Below, piece by piece: positions 38,045-48,937 of a stretch of DNA of 64,000 nucleotides. The position numbers and the translations under genes are program-made. Origin of the DNA: Cyanobacteria bacterium P01_A01_bin.123. Lineage in GTDB: Bacteria; Cyanobacteriota; Cyanobacteriia; Phormidesmidales; Phormidesmidaceae. The stretch's first letter is position 1, and every line of letters starts with the position of its first letter. Under the pieces are notes generated by a model. The model saw only the letters and a program-made list of their open reading frames with translations, had not been told where the DNA came from and did not search any database. Where the stretch lies: the NCBI GenBank assembly GCA_039815185.1, contig JBCBZT010000003.1, forward strand, positions 96,001 to 160,000, read 5' to 3'.

Positions 38045-38929
38045 ATGACTGTTCTTCCCATAGCCACTCGTTGGCAGCACAGATTTGTCGAAACGAACCG
38101 CATCCGTTTGCACTGCATTACCCAAGGCGAGGGAGAATTGGTTATTCTCCTCCATGGGTTTTTGGAGTTTTGGTACTCCTGGCGCTACCAGATTCCGTCT
38201 TTAGCCAATCGATTTAAGGTGGTTGTTCCTGATCTGCGCGGTTATAACGATTCGGATAAACCCAGAGGGGGCTACGACCTAGACACTTTGAGTCAGGATA
38301 TTTATGGTTTGATCCGGGGGTTAGGCTATCAAAAGGCCCACATTGTGGGGCACGATTGGGGAGGGACTATTGCTTGGCACTTGGCCCATAGCTTGCCTCA
38401 AAGTCTAAATCGACTTGCCATTCTTAATGCACCCCATCCCCAGCGATTTCGGCGGGAGTTGTTGAGTAACCTCGATCAGTTTCGACGCAGTTGGTATTTA
38501 CTTGCACTGCAAATCCCTGAGTTGCCTGAATGGTTACTTCAGCAAAATCTGGGCTCCTTTTTGACCAATTTATTTCAGCAGCAATGTGTTCGTAAGGGGG
38601 CGTTTTCTTCAGAAAATACAGCACTCTACCAAGCTGCTTTACAGAAGCCTGGCGCCCTGACTGCTGCCGTAAGGCACTATCGCCAATTCTTATCACCCCA
38701 GTCTTGGTTAAGCTATCTCGGTAAGATTACCAATCCTATTGATGTGCCTACCCTTGTTCTGTGGGGAGAAGAAGATACTTTACTTAGCCATAGCCTGCTG
38801 GAGGGGACAGAGCGCTTTGTCTCAGCCCCTTTTCAAATTAAACGTGTCCCAGACTGTGGACATTGGATCCAGCAAGAGGTGCCGCAAACTGTAAACCGTG
38901 AACTCTTACAGTTTTTGTGTGAAGCATAA
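38045..38929 (+). CDS. Alpha/beta hydrolase, epoxide hydrolase-like
   Basis: 'LLHGFLEFWYSWR', 'DLRGY', nucleophile 'GHDWGG', 'GHW'. Confidence 0.92.
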   Translation: MTVLPIATRWQHRFVETNRIRLHCITQGEGELVILLHGFLEFWYSWRYQIPSLANRFKVVVPDLRGYNDSDKPRGGYDLDTLSQDIYGLIRGLGYQKAHIVGHDWGGTIAWHLAHSLPQSLNRLAILNAPHPQRFRRELLSNLDQFRRSWYLLALQIPELPEWLLQQNLGSFLTNLFQQQCVRKGAFSSENTALYQAALQKPGALTAAVRHYRQFLSPQSWLSYLGKITNPIDVPTLVLWGEEDTLLSHSLLEGTERFVSAPFQIKRVPDCGHWIQQEVPQTVNRELLQFLCEA

Positions 38930-39334
38930 ACTTTTGATCAGGGATATAATCAGTTCTGAATCAGCAGATAAGTATTTTCTAAACTCTATCTAATTTGAAA
39001 ACTTGATTAGGAGTGCAAAGCCTTTCACCTCTTGCAGGGGAACCCTATGAACCTGGGGGTTGCTAAATTAACTAATCTCAGTTTTGTCGTGCCCTGTTAT
39101 TATCCATCTACTTGAGACAGAACTCGGCTCTTTACGTAAATTTAATACTTCACTTAAAAAGCTTCTAGGCATATCAAAATCCATCAAAGTTCTTGTCTTG
39201 AACCTGTTGTTTCGATTAAATTTTTGTTAAGTGTAGGGGCGTGAGCTTAAGGGGGTGCGAGTTGGATCGCTAACCCATTATTAGTTTTTGACAGATACCT
39301 GAGTTACCTTGCGGAGATTCGCATTATTTAAGCT

Positions 39335-40087
39335 ATGTCCAATCTGAACTTTCATTCTCGGCATCCCGAGCTCTGGTTAGACTCCCCAGAGGATCGAGAA
39401 ATTCAGGAGCGGCTTGAGCTTTTTCAAGTGTTCTCGAAAATTTATACCCATAATCGGGCATTGCTGAATGAAATTCTGGAGTTAGAGAACTCTAACGGCA
39501 AATCCCTAGCGCGTTCAGGATTGTTTTTTTACTTGCAGGGAGTTGTATCCACAGACGGTGCTTATCTGATTACCAATTTGCTGGATGGCAAGACTCAAGC
39601 GTTGAAGCAGTCGACGCAAATTTGGACAATTGGTCGCGATCCGCGTCAGGTGGCGTTAATTCTACGAGATAAGCGGTTGTCTCGTACCCATGCGGCGATT
39701 TGGTACCTGCCTCAAAAAGGGTTTTTTCTATCAGATTTAGAAAGCCGGAACGGCTCTTATGTCAATGGCGAACGCATTAAAGAGCATTATTTGTTGAAAG
39801 ACGGTGATCGCATTCGACTGGGCAGCATTACGTTTAGCTTTTTTGTTTGTAGTGAATTTAAATCGGTATCTCCGCCCAGCTTGCAGTGCTTGCAACATCT
39901 GCAAGAGAGCTCTTCTGGTGAACCAACCCTGCCGCCGGATAGTGAAGATGAGCAATCAGAGATTGTTGGCATTACCGAGGAAAAAACTGTAGGAACCAAG
40001 GCTAAATCACCTGTTAATCCAACGCATAGGACGACTGAGGAAACGGTTCAGTTTCCCTGGCTGAAGAATCCTGAACAGTCTTGGTAA
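39335..40087 (+). CDS. FHA-domain protein
   Basis: 'IGRD', 'SRTHA', 'SRNGSYVNG', 'LKDGDRIRLG'. Confidence 0.9.
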   Translation: MSNLNFHSRHPELWLDSPEDREIQERLELFQVFSKIYTHNRALLNEILELENSNGKSLARSGLFFYLQGVVSTDGAYLITNLLDGKTQALKQSTQIWTIGRDPRQVALILRDKRLSRTHAAIWYLPQKGFFLSDLESRNGSYVNGERIKEHYLLKDGDRIRLGSITFSFFVCSEFKSVSPPSLQCLQHLQESSSGEPTLPPDSEDEQSEIVGITEEKTVGTKAKSPVNPTHRTTEETVQFPWLKNPEQSW

Positions 40088-40265
40088 ATTACTCTCTGTT
40101 GCCCGAAATGCCAGTTACGGGCAAGCCAGTTATGGGCACGATGGAAGCGCTTGTTATCGTTTAGCTGATCCTCTGACAAATTGGTTCAAATGCACTATTA
40201 TCAGTAGCGGCAGTGTCAATTGGGTGGGCTTAACTTGTCGCTGCCAGATGAACTGTGGAGTAATC

Positions 40266-41534
40266 ATGCAGCCAATAGTGTCGACGGCAACGCTCAAAAT
40301 GTCGATGTTGAGTGTAGGCGAATTAACTGCGTGTTTACAGGGGCTGATTGAAGCGCGTGCTGATTTGCAGCGAGTTTGGGTAACTGGGGAGGTCTCTAGT
40401 GCCCATGAGCATCCTAGCGGCACTTTTTTTGCGCTGAAAGATCCAGAAGCTAGGGCTGTGATTAATTGTGTCATCTGGCACCGTCAGCGATCGCGTCTCG
40501 CTACCTTACCTCGGGTGGGAGAGCAAATTACCGTGTTGGGGCAAGTGACCTTGTATGCTCAGCGAGGTAGCTATCAACTCACAGTGTGGCAGGCGATTCC
40601 GGCGGGAGAAGGCTTGCAGGCCCTACAGCTTAATCAGCTCCGTGAGCAATTGCGGCAGGAAGGCCTGTTTGATTGGGATCGCAAGCGATCGCTGCCGAGC
40701 TACCCCAACACGGTTGCCATCATCACCTCCCCCCAGGCCGCAGCTTGGGGCGATATTCAAAGGACGCTACAGCAGCGATCACCGGGGTTATCCATTCTGT
40801 TTGCCCCAGCGGTAGTGCAAGGGGCGATCGCGCCTGATTCAATTCAGCAGGCTTTTGGGCGAATTGAGCAGCATGGCGGCGCAGACTTGGTGATTTTGGC
40901 GCGGGGTGGGGGATCTAACGACGATTTAGCCTGCTTCAATGATGAGCAGGTCGTTCGCGCGATCGCGGCTTGCCCGGTTCCTGTGATTACCGGTATTGGG
41001 CATCAGCGTGATGAAACCCTAGCTGATGCTGTGGCCGATGTTGTAGCCCATACCCCTACTGCTGCAGCAGAACAGGCTGTGCCTGCCTTAGTTGCCCTTT
41101 ATCAAGCCCACCAAGTCCGTCAAGCTGCATTGGTAAAAGCCACTCAATCCGCCTTGACCCAAGCTCAAGTGCGGGTGCAAACGCAGCATCAGCGGCTCCA
41201 ACGACTGCATCTAGACAAACAGTGGCAGCGACAACAGACCCAGATTAATCAATTGAGCCAACGGTTGAGGCGGAGCGTCAACCAGCGATTTCAAACTGCG
41301 CGTCAGCAGACCCAAGCACTCAATCAAACGCTGGCTAGTCTTAATCCAGAAGCTGTGTTGCGTCGAGGCTATGCGCTTGTGCGGTTACAAAACGACGCGA
41401 TTGCTACTGCTCCCCAGGATATCAACGTGGGAGAGGAGATTAGCCTCCACTGGTCTCAAGGGCTCGCTAGGGCAACCGTGACAGAGATCGACTATGATGC
41501 CTGTCTAAAGCCCGGAAAGCTTGGTGAGGAGTAA
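40266..41534 (+). CDS. xseA: Exodeoxyribonuclease VII large subunit
   Basis: 'VWVTGEVS', 'ARGGGS', 'TGIGHQRD', 'TPTAAA'; start uncertain. Confidence 0.95.
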   Translation: MQPIVSTATLKMSMLSVGELTACLQGLIEARADLQRVWVTGEVSSAHEHPSGTFFALKDPEARAVINCVIWHRQRSRLATLPRVGEQITVLGQVTLYAQRGSYQLTVWQAIPAGEGLQALQLNQLREQLRQEGLFDWDRKRSLPSYPNTVAIITSPQAAAWGDIQRTLQQRSPGLSILFAPAVVQGAIAPDSIQQAFGRIEQHGGADLVILARGGGSNDDLACFNDEQVVRAIAACPVPVITGIGHQRDETLADAVADVVAHTPTAAAEQAVPALVALYQAHQVRQAALVKATQSALTQAQVRVQTQHQRLQRLHLDKQWQRQQTQINQLSQRLRRSVNQRFQTARQQTQALNQTLASLNPEAVLRRGYALVRLQNDAIATAPQDINVGEEISLHWSQGLARATVTEIDYDACLKPGKLGEE

Positions 41535-41640
41535 GAATTCCCAAGATGTAATGTTCAGACTTTAGAATTCAACCTATTCTCCGGGAACGGCAAAGTTCTA
41601 CAAAATCCAAAATCGAATCAATCCAAAATCACGATTAGTC

Positions 41641-41883
41641 ATGCCCCCAACAGCCCAAAGCCATCAAGCCGAGCAACCTATGAATCTTGATTGGAGCTAC
41701 GAAACGGCGATCGCAGAAGTCGAGACTATCATCAGCCGCCTCGAGGCAGGTGAATTGCCCTTAGCAAAGATTTTTGAGCAGTTTCAAACTGCGGTAGAAG
41801 CGTTGGCCCAATGTGAAACCTTTCTTCAGGAAAAACAGGCCCAGGTTGATTTGCTGGTTCAAACCCTAGCCCCGCTGGACTAG
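41641..41883 (+). CDS. xseB: Exodeoxyribonuclease VII small subunit
   Basis: '[22 protein letters not shown]'; follows xseA. Confidence 0.92.
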   Translation: MPPTAQSHQAEQPMNLDWSYETAIAEVETIISRLEAGELPLAKIFEQFQTAVEALAQCETFLQEKQAQVDLLVQTLAPLD

Positions 41884-42842
41884 AACGGTAACTTCTTCTT
41901 CCTGATTTTGTCGCGTTCGTAATTGAGTTCTTTCAGCTTCTTCATAATGCGGCCGAAGTATTCCTGTAGGTAAGCTTCTAGGGTCGTGATCTCTGAGCGA
42001 TCAATGCCGAAGACCTCGTATACCTCATCCATCGATGCATCTAAGGGGTTGCCATTCGCGATTACCTCAGCAAAGGCAAGACGATCTGAAAATTCCCAAC
42101 CCCACTGGAAAAACCGAGTCAGCCGACGGACTCCTTTTAGTAAGCCTAAGGGCATTTGAGAAACTTTTGCATCTAGCCCCGACTGACGTTCACACAAACG
42201 CACAATCTCATACGCTCCCCAAGCGCGCGTTCCCGCGAGCGGAAAGGTTCGATCTTTTGTTTCAGGCAGTGACAGGGCCTTAACGGCAAATTGGGCAATG
42301 TCTTGAGTATTCATAAAGGCGATCGGGGCGGCTTCTCCCATCACCCAAACTGCCTGCTTTTCTAGAATTGGAATGGCGTACTGACCAATCAAACCCTGGA
42401 GAAATCCGCAAGGGCGCAAAATCGTGTAATTCAGACCAGATTCTGCCAGAAACTTTTCGGTACATCGCTTGATGTCCATTAATGGCACATGGGGATACTT
42501 TTCTGCATCGAGAATTGAGAAAAACACATAACGCTCGATTCCGGCATCCTTGGCTGCCCTAATCAGCGCGACTTTCCCTTCCCAGTCAATCCTATAAATT
42601 CCTTTAGCGTCGTTAGGGCGAGCTGTGGCTGCATCAATGATTGCCGTTATCCCTTCCAATGCAGGAGGCAATGTCTCTGGTTTGCAAAGATCGCCTTGTA
42701 CCAGGGTTGCCCCCCACTCCCGCAAGAAGGCCGCTTTTTGAAAGCTACGAACCAAGCACCGGACTTCGTGACCCTCATCGATGGCTCGCCGAGCAATTTG
42801 CCGTCCTAATGTGCCAGTGGCACCAACAATGAGTAAAGTCAT
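41880..42842 (-). CDS. ycf39: Ycf39/HCF244-like atypical SDR (PSII assembly)
   Basis: '[13 protein letters not shown]', 'FLREWGA', '[11 protein letters not shown]', 'DRLAF'; sits next to petM. Confidence 0.85.
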   Translation of the reverse strand: MTLLIVGATGTLGRQIARRAIDEGHEVRCLVRSFQKAAFLREWGATLVQGDLCKPETLPPALEGITAIIDAATARPNDAKGIYRIDWEGKVALIRAAKDAGIERYVFFSILDAEKYPHVPLMDIKRCTEKFLAESGLNYTILRPCGFLQGLIGQYAIPILEKQAVWVMGEAAPIAFMNTQDIAQFAVKALSLPETKDRTFPLAGTRAWGAYEIVRLCERQSGLDAKVSQMPLGLLKGVRRLTRFFQWGWEFSDRLAFAEVIANGNPLDASMDEVYEVFGIDRSEITTLEAYLQEYFGRIMKKLKELNYERDKIRKKKLPF

Positions 42843-42919
42843 GGGGTTCGCTAAACAAAAGTTAACTTTCTATAAGAATATCAGACGCTTCTCATTTTCT
42901 GCGAGCCACAATGAAAGTC

Positions 42920-43024
42920 TTATTCTTCTCCGCCTTGTAGTTTCAACATCAAGAAGCCAAGGGCTAAACCAACCAGAATTAGACTAGAGGACAGGAGTGC
43001 TGTATTAAAAATTTCGCCGCCCAT
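42920..43024 (-). CDS. petM: Cytochrome b6f subunit VII (PetM), 34 aa, not in the ORF track
   Basis: Manual translation MGGEIFNTALLSSSLILVGLALGFLMLKLQGGEE* (ATG 43024, TAA 42920-42922). Confidence 0.92.
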   Translation of the reverse strand: MGGEIFNTALLSSSLILVGLALGFLMLKLQGGEE

Positions 43025-43184
43025 GGGTGTTTTATGCTCCTAAATTTAGCGTTGGGGTCTTTCTCAGATATCTGAAAAATAACGTTATATGCTGAACTAT
43101 TTTAGAGCAGTTTGGGATCTCCCTCTCGGCTAAGGTTGTTCAGAATCGCTAGGGTATTCTTCGTTGATACAGAACGCCATCATC

Positions 43185-44285
43185 ATGCCTGCTCCTCCTC
43201 GTCTTGCTGCCACCCGTCCCCGGATTGCCATCCCCATGGGGGATCCGGCTGGTATCGGTATAGAGGTGGTGTTAAAGGCCCTGGCACTGCCGCAGTTATA
43301 TGCTGACGCTGAGCTGACGGTAGTCGGGACGCGATCGCAGCTTGAACGTCACTTTCAGATTCTGAAAGGGCAGATTCCTAAAGGGCAAGGGCTTCAGGTT
43401 CCTCAATCTGACTTGGTTAAGCCTGTGATTGCAGATCCAGCCTTCTTGTCCGTGCTGGATCTGCCCCTTGCCCGATCTCAGGTAGACGACATTCAACTGG
43501 GCTGTGGCAATGCTGCTAGCGGCGAAGCCAGTTTTGCGGCATTAAAGACGGCTATTGATTGCACAGTTGCGGGCAAATTTGATGCTATTGTGACTGCCCC
43601 TATTTCTAAAGCAGCTTGGCAGGCAGCGGGGCATGATTATCCCGGCCAAACAGAACTTCTGGCAGCTGGGGCGGGGGTGAGCCGATTTGGCATGCTGTTT
43701 GTGGCGCGATCGCCTCACTGTGATTGGATTCTCAAAAACTTACTGGCTACTACCCATATCCCTCTCAGAGCGGTTCCCGATGCCCTGACGCCAGACTTGA
43801 TGAGTGCCAAGCTATCACTGCTGATTCACTGTCTCAAAACCGAATTTGGCCTTGAAAAACCCCGCATCGCGATCGCTGGACTCAATCCCCACAGTGGTGA
43901 ACAGGGGCAGTTAGGCCATGAAGAAGTAGACTGGCTGATTCCCTGGCTAGAAACCCAGCGTCTGCACTATCCAGAAGCAACCCTGAATGGCCCAATTCCT
44001 CCAGATACCCTTTGGGTTGAACCCGGACAGGCTTGGTATGGCCGTGGCCATCACCAAGCCCACGATGCCTACCTGGCGCTCTATCACGACCAGGGATTAA
44101 TTCCGTTAAAACTATTAGCCTTTGATCGTGCCGTTAACACCACGATTGGCCTGCCCTTTATTCGCACTTCTCCCGATCACGGCACTGCCTTCGATATTGC
44201 GGGACGGGGGATTGCCGATCCGACTAGTATGATTGCTGCGATTGAGTTAGCGGTTGAGTTGGTGCAGAAGCGGCTGATGGGGTGA
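43185..44285 (+). CDS. pdxA: 4-hydroxythreonine-4-phosphate dehydrogenase
   Basis: 'MGDPAGIG', 'TAPISK', 'GLNPHSGE', 'YHDQG', '[14 protein letters not shown]'. Confidence 0.96.
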   Translation: MPAPPRLAATRPRIAIPMGDPAGIGIEVVLKALALPQLYADAELTVVGTRSQLERHFQILKGQIPKGQGLQVPQSDLVKPVIADPAFLSVLDLPLARSQVDDIQLGCGNAASGEASFAALKTAIDCTVAGKFDAIVTAPISKAAWQAAGHDYPGQTELLAAGAGVSRFGMLFVARSPHCDWILKNLLATTHIPLRAVPDALTPDLMSAKLSLLIHCLKTEFGLEKPRIAIAGLNPHSGEQGQLGHEEVDWLIPWLETQRLHYPEATLNGPIPPDTLWVEPGQAWYGRGHHQAHDAYLALYHDQGLIPLKLLAFDRAVNTTIGLPFIRTSPDHGTAFDIAGRGIADPTSMIAAIELAVELVQKRLMG

Positions 44286-44300
44286 TGACGATTCTTCCCT

Positions 44301-45206
44301 TCACTCTTCGGCTTCGGCTAAGGCTGCTTCGCTGTTTTGCTGATATGCGTCGACTCGATCTTGGGCGGTGGGATAGCGCTCATCGGTCTCGGGCACTTGA
44401 GACATTAAGTCTGAAGCGCGTTGCCAACGGCTGGCTAAATCGAGCCAATCGGCTGCAGTTTCAGCGATTTTGCCATCGGCGGCGGCTTGTTCTGCAAGGC
44501 GTACGGCTTGTACGAAGGGATCTGGGTCTTCAGGTAGTGGGGGTAAGGATTCCGATGCAGTATCGTTAGGACTACGAGCTAGGGGGACATCTGGGGATGC
44601 AGCATCTGGAGCCTCTGGAGGTGTTCCTGAGGAAGGCGTGGTATTCTCTGCGGACGGTGGTGGTGCGGGGTCTTGCCTAACCCAGCGCCAGGCTCCCCAG
44701 CCGATCAGCCCTAAAAAGAGGCATAAACTGGTTCCCCCAACTAAGCCCCGCCAAAAATAGCGTTGTTTGAGGCTTTTTCGCATACTGGTGGCGGGCAAGC
44801 GGCTGCGGGGTTGTCGTGGCGCTGTTGCATCTTCAAAAAGCCGCTTGAAAATATTGGGTTTCTTCAGGGCAATGAGCTCTGACCAAAGTAAGTGATTATC
44901 TGGATCGCGATTGACTTCTTCGAGCCAGAGTAATTGCTGTTCACGCACGATCCGACTATTAATATTGACCCGACTGATGGTGCGGGGACTAATCGCTTCT
45001 AAAATGCTGCGAATACGCTCGACCACGGTTGATTGTTCGAGCTGTTCTGGGGTTTTAGCTTCACATAGAAGTTGCAAAATCCCTTCGGCTAAAACGGCAC
45101 GGGTGCGAATGCCGTCATCGGCTAGACGGTCATTGAGAATCTGAATGATCGCGGCGACACTGCCCTGTCGAGCTTGCTTTGAAACGTTATCAATCGCTTG
45201 GGTCAT
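44301..45206 (-). CDS. Conserved cyanobacterial single-TM hypothetical protein
   Basis: 'ARQGSVAAIIQILN', 'REQQLLWLEE', a TM segment, 'DPFVQAVRLAE...WQRASDLM'. Confidence 0.75.
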   Translation of the reverse strand: MTQAIDNVSKQARQGSVAAIIQILNDRLADDGIRTRAVLAEGILQLLCEAKTPEQLEQSTVVERIRSILEAISPRTISRVNINSRIVREQQLLWLEEVNRDPDNHLLWSELIALKKPNIFKRLFEDATAPRQPRSRLPATSMRKSLKQRYFWRGLVGGTSLCLFLGLIGWGAWRWVRQDPAPPPSAENTTPSSGTPPEAPDAASPDVPLARSPNDTASESLPPLPEDPDPFVQAVRLAEQAAADGKIAETAADWLDLASRWQRASDLMSQVPETDERYPTAQDRVDAYQQNSEAALAEAEE

Positions 45207-45359
45207 GAGCCAGCACCGAATTCTAAACTAGACGATCCCACCTGATTTGACGTCACACAGTATCGTTGTTGGTACGGAAAACTATGGATCTGGGTGTGGC
45301 TAATGTTTAATTAGCTGGTACATCCTATCAGCAGATGGCTTCAATAGTCATGTTTTCAG

Positions 45360-46094
45360 TTAAGTATGCCTGTGGCTAGTGTCGTTGAAGCGATGAATTT
45401 TCCAAAGTTCACCATTGTATTGGTTGGGGCCGGATTGCCCCCAGCGATCGCGATCGAGTGAAAATTCAAACCAGGCGGTGGGCGCAATAGCAATCCCCCA
45501 GGTGCGATCGCTACCTAGAATTTCACTAATGAGATGTTGCAATAGCCAGCTATGGGTGACGATCCAGAGGCGATCGCCATTGCGGTGGGTTTGTAAAATC
45601 CGGTGCAGAAATTGCCGCGATCGCTGTCGGACTGCGGCAGGGGTTTCTGCTTGGGGTACAGGTTGCCAGTCTGGCGAATGTTCTAGTCGATGACATATCT
45701 CCGGATAGCGATCGCAGGCTTCGGCCCAAGTTAGATTTTGGAAAATACCGCCGTGGGCTTCTTGCAGAGTATTGCAGAGGGTTAGGGGGATGGGGGGATG
45801 GGGGGATGGGGAGCAGGGGAGTAGAGGCGTAAGGGGGGAATCGGATAAAGCCAAAGCTGGGAAAGAGCTGTAGTTGCAACTGGTGAGGAGATGGTGGAGG
45901 GTTTCTTGGGCGCGTTGGAGGGGGCTACAGTAGAGGTGTGTGGGTGACCAGTGGTGTTTGAGGACGATCGCCAACTCATTTGCCTGCTGTTGGCCTTGGA
46001 CTGATAGGGGAGAGCTGTGTTGGCCTTCCATCCGGCCTTGGGCGTTGCCAATGGATTGGGCATGGCGTAGCAGTATCAGCTTTAGGGAACCCAT
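45360..46094 (-). CDS. Histidine phosphatase (phosphoglycerate mutase-like) family protein
   Basis: 'LRHAQS', 'SPLQRAQET', 'VTH', 'FNDTSH'; Pro-rich insert from an 8-bp repeat. Confidence 0.88.
   Translation of the reverse strand: MGSLKLILLRHAQSIGNAQGRMEGQHSSPLSVQGQQQANELAIVLKHHWSPTHLYCSPLQRAQETLHHLLTSCNYSSFPALALSDSPLTPLLPCSPSPHPPIPLTLCNTLQEAHGGIFQNLTWAEACDRYPEICHRLEHSPDWQPVPQAETPAAVRQRSRQFLHRILQTHRNGDRLWIVTHSWLLQHLISEILGSDRTWGIAIAPTAWFEFSLDRDRWGQSGPNQYNGELWKIHRFNDTSHRHT
45781..45840. repeat. Degenerate 8-bp tandem repeat (GATGGGGG-like) inside the phosphatase CDS
   Basis: GTTAGGGG GATGGGGG GATGGGGG GATGGGGA GCAGGGGA GTAGAGGC GTAAGGGG. Confidence 0.85.
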
Positions 46095-46209
46095 TTAAGA
46101 CCTTTAAGGGGGGCTAACAGAGCAGATTCACGGTTGCTGCGTTGGTTTCTCGCCTTAACCCTTTACAATGGCAGACATATTATCTATTGCTTATTGCTGT
46201 GAACTAGCC

Positions 46210-46554
46210 ATGCTGCTCAAGTCTACAACCCGCCACGTTCATATCTATACTGCGGAAGTTAAAGACAATGAACTGGTGCCCAATGAAGGCGTTTTGACCC
46301 TTGATATCGACCCTGATAACGAGTTCAACTGGGACGAAGAATCGCTACAGCTTGTCTACCGTGAATTTGACCGACTGGTAGAAGCGGCGGCTGGTGAAGA
46401 TTTAATCGACTATAACTTGCGACGCATCGGCTCTGATTTAGAGCATTTCATCAAAACGCTGCTGCAAACGGGCCAAATTAGCTACAACTTGAAGAGTCGA
46501 GCGATCAACTACAGTATGGGGTTGCCCCAGGTGGTTTCAGACGGGGCGTCCTAG
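46210..46554 (+). CDS. ndhM: NDH-1 subunit M
   Basis: '[16 protein letters not shown]...LDIDPDNEF...[13 protein letters not shown]...NYSMGLP'. Confidence 0.95.
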   Translation: MLLKSTTRHVHIYTAEVKDNELVPNEGVLTLDIDPDNEFNWDEESLQLVYREFDRLVEAAAGEDLIDYNLRRIGSDLEHFIKTLLQTGQISYNLKSRAINYSMGLPQVVSDGAS

Positions 46555-46577
46555 CAGGTTCATAGGGACTGAGATCC

Positions 46578-48899
46578 TTGCCATATCAATACCTTTGGGC
46601 AGTTGGAAATGCCTGGAAACGAGTAGTTCAAGATCAACACCTGGGTAATCGCTACCGCTGGTTGCACAGCAATGTGTTTTTGGATCTCCAGCCGGATCAG
46701 CCGCCTGAGCCTGTGGTTGATCTGCCGGTGACTGTGCTGCCTTATTTGAGACTCTCGGGTTATAGTCGCCACATTCCCAGACCTTATACGGTGTTGACAG
46801 GAATCGCTGAGCAGCCCTTGGAAACGCCCATAGTGCTGTTAGATCAAGCCGCGATCGCGCCCAGCCCAGCGATTGACACCAAGCTTCCCCGTTTACTGCC
46901 GACCCTGGCCGAACAGTGGCCCAAAATGCCTCCCCTGGCCCAGCTTAACGGGTTGTGGCAATTGGCCTCCCTGTGGGAACCGCTGCGCAGTGAGCAGGTG
47001 GTTTCGACACTATTGACTCCTGATTTAATTAGGCTTGATGGCACCCTGGTGCGGGTTTTAGAACTCTGCCCTGACAGCCCGGATGTGACTTATTCTCTGG
47101 CAGCCCTGGCGGATTACTGGCAACCTTTAATATCTAAAGCCCACACAGCAGTTGCCCCCTACTTGCAAAGCCTGTGTCAACGGCTGAAAAGTGGAGAATA
47201 TAAGACCTCAGAGCAGCTCTTGGTCAGTTTGGAGCGGGGATTACGCAGTTGCGGTGCAGATCAGCAAACCCAGGTGCAAATTGCTACCCGTACGGATCAA
47301 GGGCCAACCCGAAAACGGAATGAAGATGCTTGTTTCCCAGCTAACGGCACGGCGATTACCTATGGAGAGCAATCTGCGATCGCGGATCGCAATCCTGACC
47401 TCCCCCCAATCCCGCTGGTGCTTGTATGCGATGGCATTGGCGGCCATGAGGGGGGTGACGTGGCCTCTAGCCTGGCGATTCAAAGTATTCAACGATACTT
47501 AATGCCCCTACTGAAAACGGCGACTCCAGACCCTGATGTGATCAGTCAAGCCCTGGGGCAAGCGATCTGCATCGCTAATGATGAAATTTCCCAACGTAAC
47601 GACCTCGAAAAGCGTCAAGCCCAAGGGCGGATGGGAACCACGGTGGTGGCTGCATTGGTGGTCGGGGAATCCCTGTATTTAGCTCATTTAGGCGACAGTC
47701 GAGCCTATCGCATCACCTCCAAAAGCTGTCGCCAAATCACCGTGGACGATGATGTTGCCTCACGAGAAGTTCGCTTGGGCTACGGTCTCTATCGTGAGGC
47801 CCTCTACCATCCAGGGGCAGGGTCCCTAGTGCAAGCATTGGGTATGACGTCATCTAAACTGCTGTACCCCACGGTGCAGCGGTTTGTGCTGGATGAAGAC
47901 TTTCTGGTTTTGCTTTGCTCTGATGGCTTGAGTGATAATGACGTGATTGAAAATACCTGGCATCAAAGTCTGCTGCCTATTTTGCAGGGACAGCAGCTGG
48001 TGGCTGGTGGTAGTCAGGCTTTGGTTCAGCTGGCCAATACTCAAAACGGCCACGACAATGTCACGATCGGATTACTCAAGTTTCAGGTGATTCATGTTGC
48101 CACAACTCCGGTTGATCCGGCGCTGGCGGTTCCGCCAGCGATGGCTCCACAAGATCAATCTCTGACCACCGCGACTGCTGCTGCGACCCCAATGGCACCA
48201 GCCGCGACGCTTACCCCACCGTCGCCCAGAACTCCCCAACCGCTGGTTCAATCAACGACTCAAGTCCCTGTTAAAGCTCAATCCCGAGGTAAATCTTGGG
48301 GTCTAATCACCCTGGGATTTGCAGGCCTTGGGGCGATTATAGGCATCATTACTTTCAATCTCCTGCCAGAACTGCTGCCTGCCACCAACGCTGAATTGCC
48401 AACTTTATTTCAATCGGCTGCTCCTCCCCTGCTGCCCCCCACCCCCTTTGCCGATACGCCCTCGATCTTTGAAATTAATCGCTTACTTCAAGTGACGGTG
48501 GCTGTTGTTGACGTCAATGGTGTCGCCCAGCCCTTGAGACTGTATGCTGAACCCAATGATTTATCTCCAACGGGGTCTCCGAATTCAACAAACCCTGAGA
48601 AAATAGAAGGAACTTTACCTGCGGGCAGCATTCTTCAAGTGCTGAACCAACGGGAAGTGGCTGATCAGCCGCGATGGGTGCGTCTTAAAGTGTGTTCTGT
48701 GCCGTCGGGGGCTTCTCTGGGCGATCGCCCTACTGAATCTAATACCCCCACTGCTGAAGTCAATCCGGTTGCGCCGGGTACCCTGGTTCAACTCTCCCAA
48801 CCCGGTGACGAAGGCTGGATCTCTGCGACAACCCTAGCGCCAGTGGTGCAGCCCCTAGGGGCTGTCGCCCCTGCCCAACAGGGTGATTGTCAGCCCTAG
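46578..48899 (+). CDS. PP2C/PPM Ser/Thr phosphatase with an N-terminal extension, a TM helix and a C-terminal extracytoplasmic domain
   Basis: 'RNEDA', 'VCDGIGGHEGG', 'MGTT', 'HLGDSRAY', 'LCSDGL', 'GHDNVT'; TM 'WGLITLGFAGLGAIIGIITF'. Confidence 0.9.
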   Translation: MPYQYLWAVGNAWKRVVQDQHLGNRYRWLHSNVFLDLQPDQPPEPVVDLPVTVLPYLRLSGYSRHIPRPYTVLTGIAEQPLETPIVLLDQAAIAPSPAIDTKLPRLLPTLAEQWPKMPPLAQLNGLWQLASLWEPLRSEQVVSTLLTPDLIRLDGTLVRVLELCPDSPDVTYSLAALADYWQPLISKAHTAVAPYLQSLCQRLKSGEYKTSEQLLVSLERGLRSCGADQQTQVQIATRTDQGPTRKRNEDACFPANGTAITYGEQSAIADRNPDLPPIPLVLVCDGIGGHEGGDVASSLAIQSIQRYLMPLLKTATPDPDVISQALGQAICIANDEISQRNDLEKRQAQGRMGTTVVAALVVGESLYLAHLGDSRAYRITSKSCRQITVDDDVASREVRLGYGLYREALYHPGAGSLVQALGMTSSKLLYPTVQRFVLDEDFLVLLCSDGLSDNDVIENTWHQSLLPILQGQQLVAGGSQALVQLANTQNGHDNVTIGLLKFQVIHVATTPVDPALAVPPAMAPQDQSLTTATAAATPMAPAATLTPPSPRTPQPLVQSTTQVPVKAQSRGKSWGLITLGFAGLGAIIGIITFNLLPELLPATNAELPTLFQSAAPPLLPPTPFADTPSIFEINRLLQVTVAVVDVNGVAQPLRLYAEPNDLSPTGSPNSTNPEKIEGTLPAGSILQVLNQREVADQPRWVRLKVCSVPSGASLGDRPTESNTPTAEVNPVAPGTLVQLSQPGDEGWISATTLAPVVQPLGAVAPAQQGDCQP

Positions 48900-48937
48900 C
48901 CTGTCTGAGTTGTCTGTTTGTAACTGCGATTTTTTTG

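Noticed and set aside
40110..40138. GCCAGTTA(C/T)GGGCA x2 after the FHA gene
   Set aside because: Two imperfect copies only; probably a local duplication or part of a terminator-like structure.
41602..41630. AAAATCC-type heptamer repeats between xseA and xseB
   Set aside because: Ordinary short tandem repeat of filamentous cyanobacteria.
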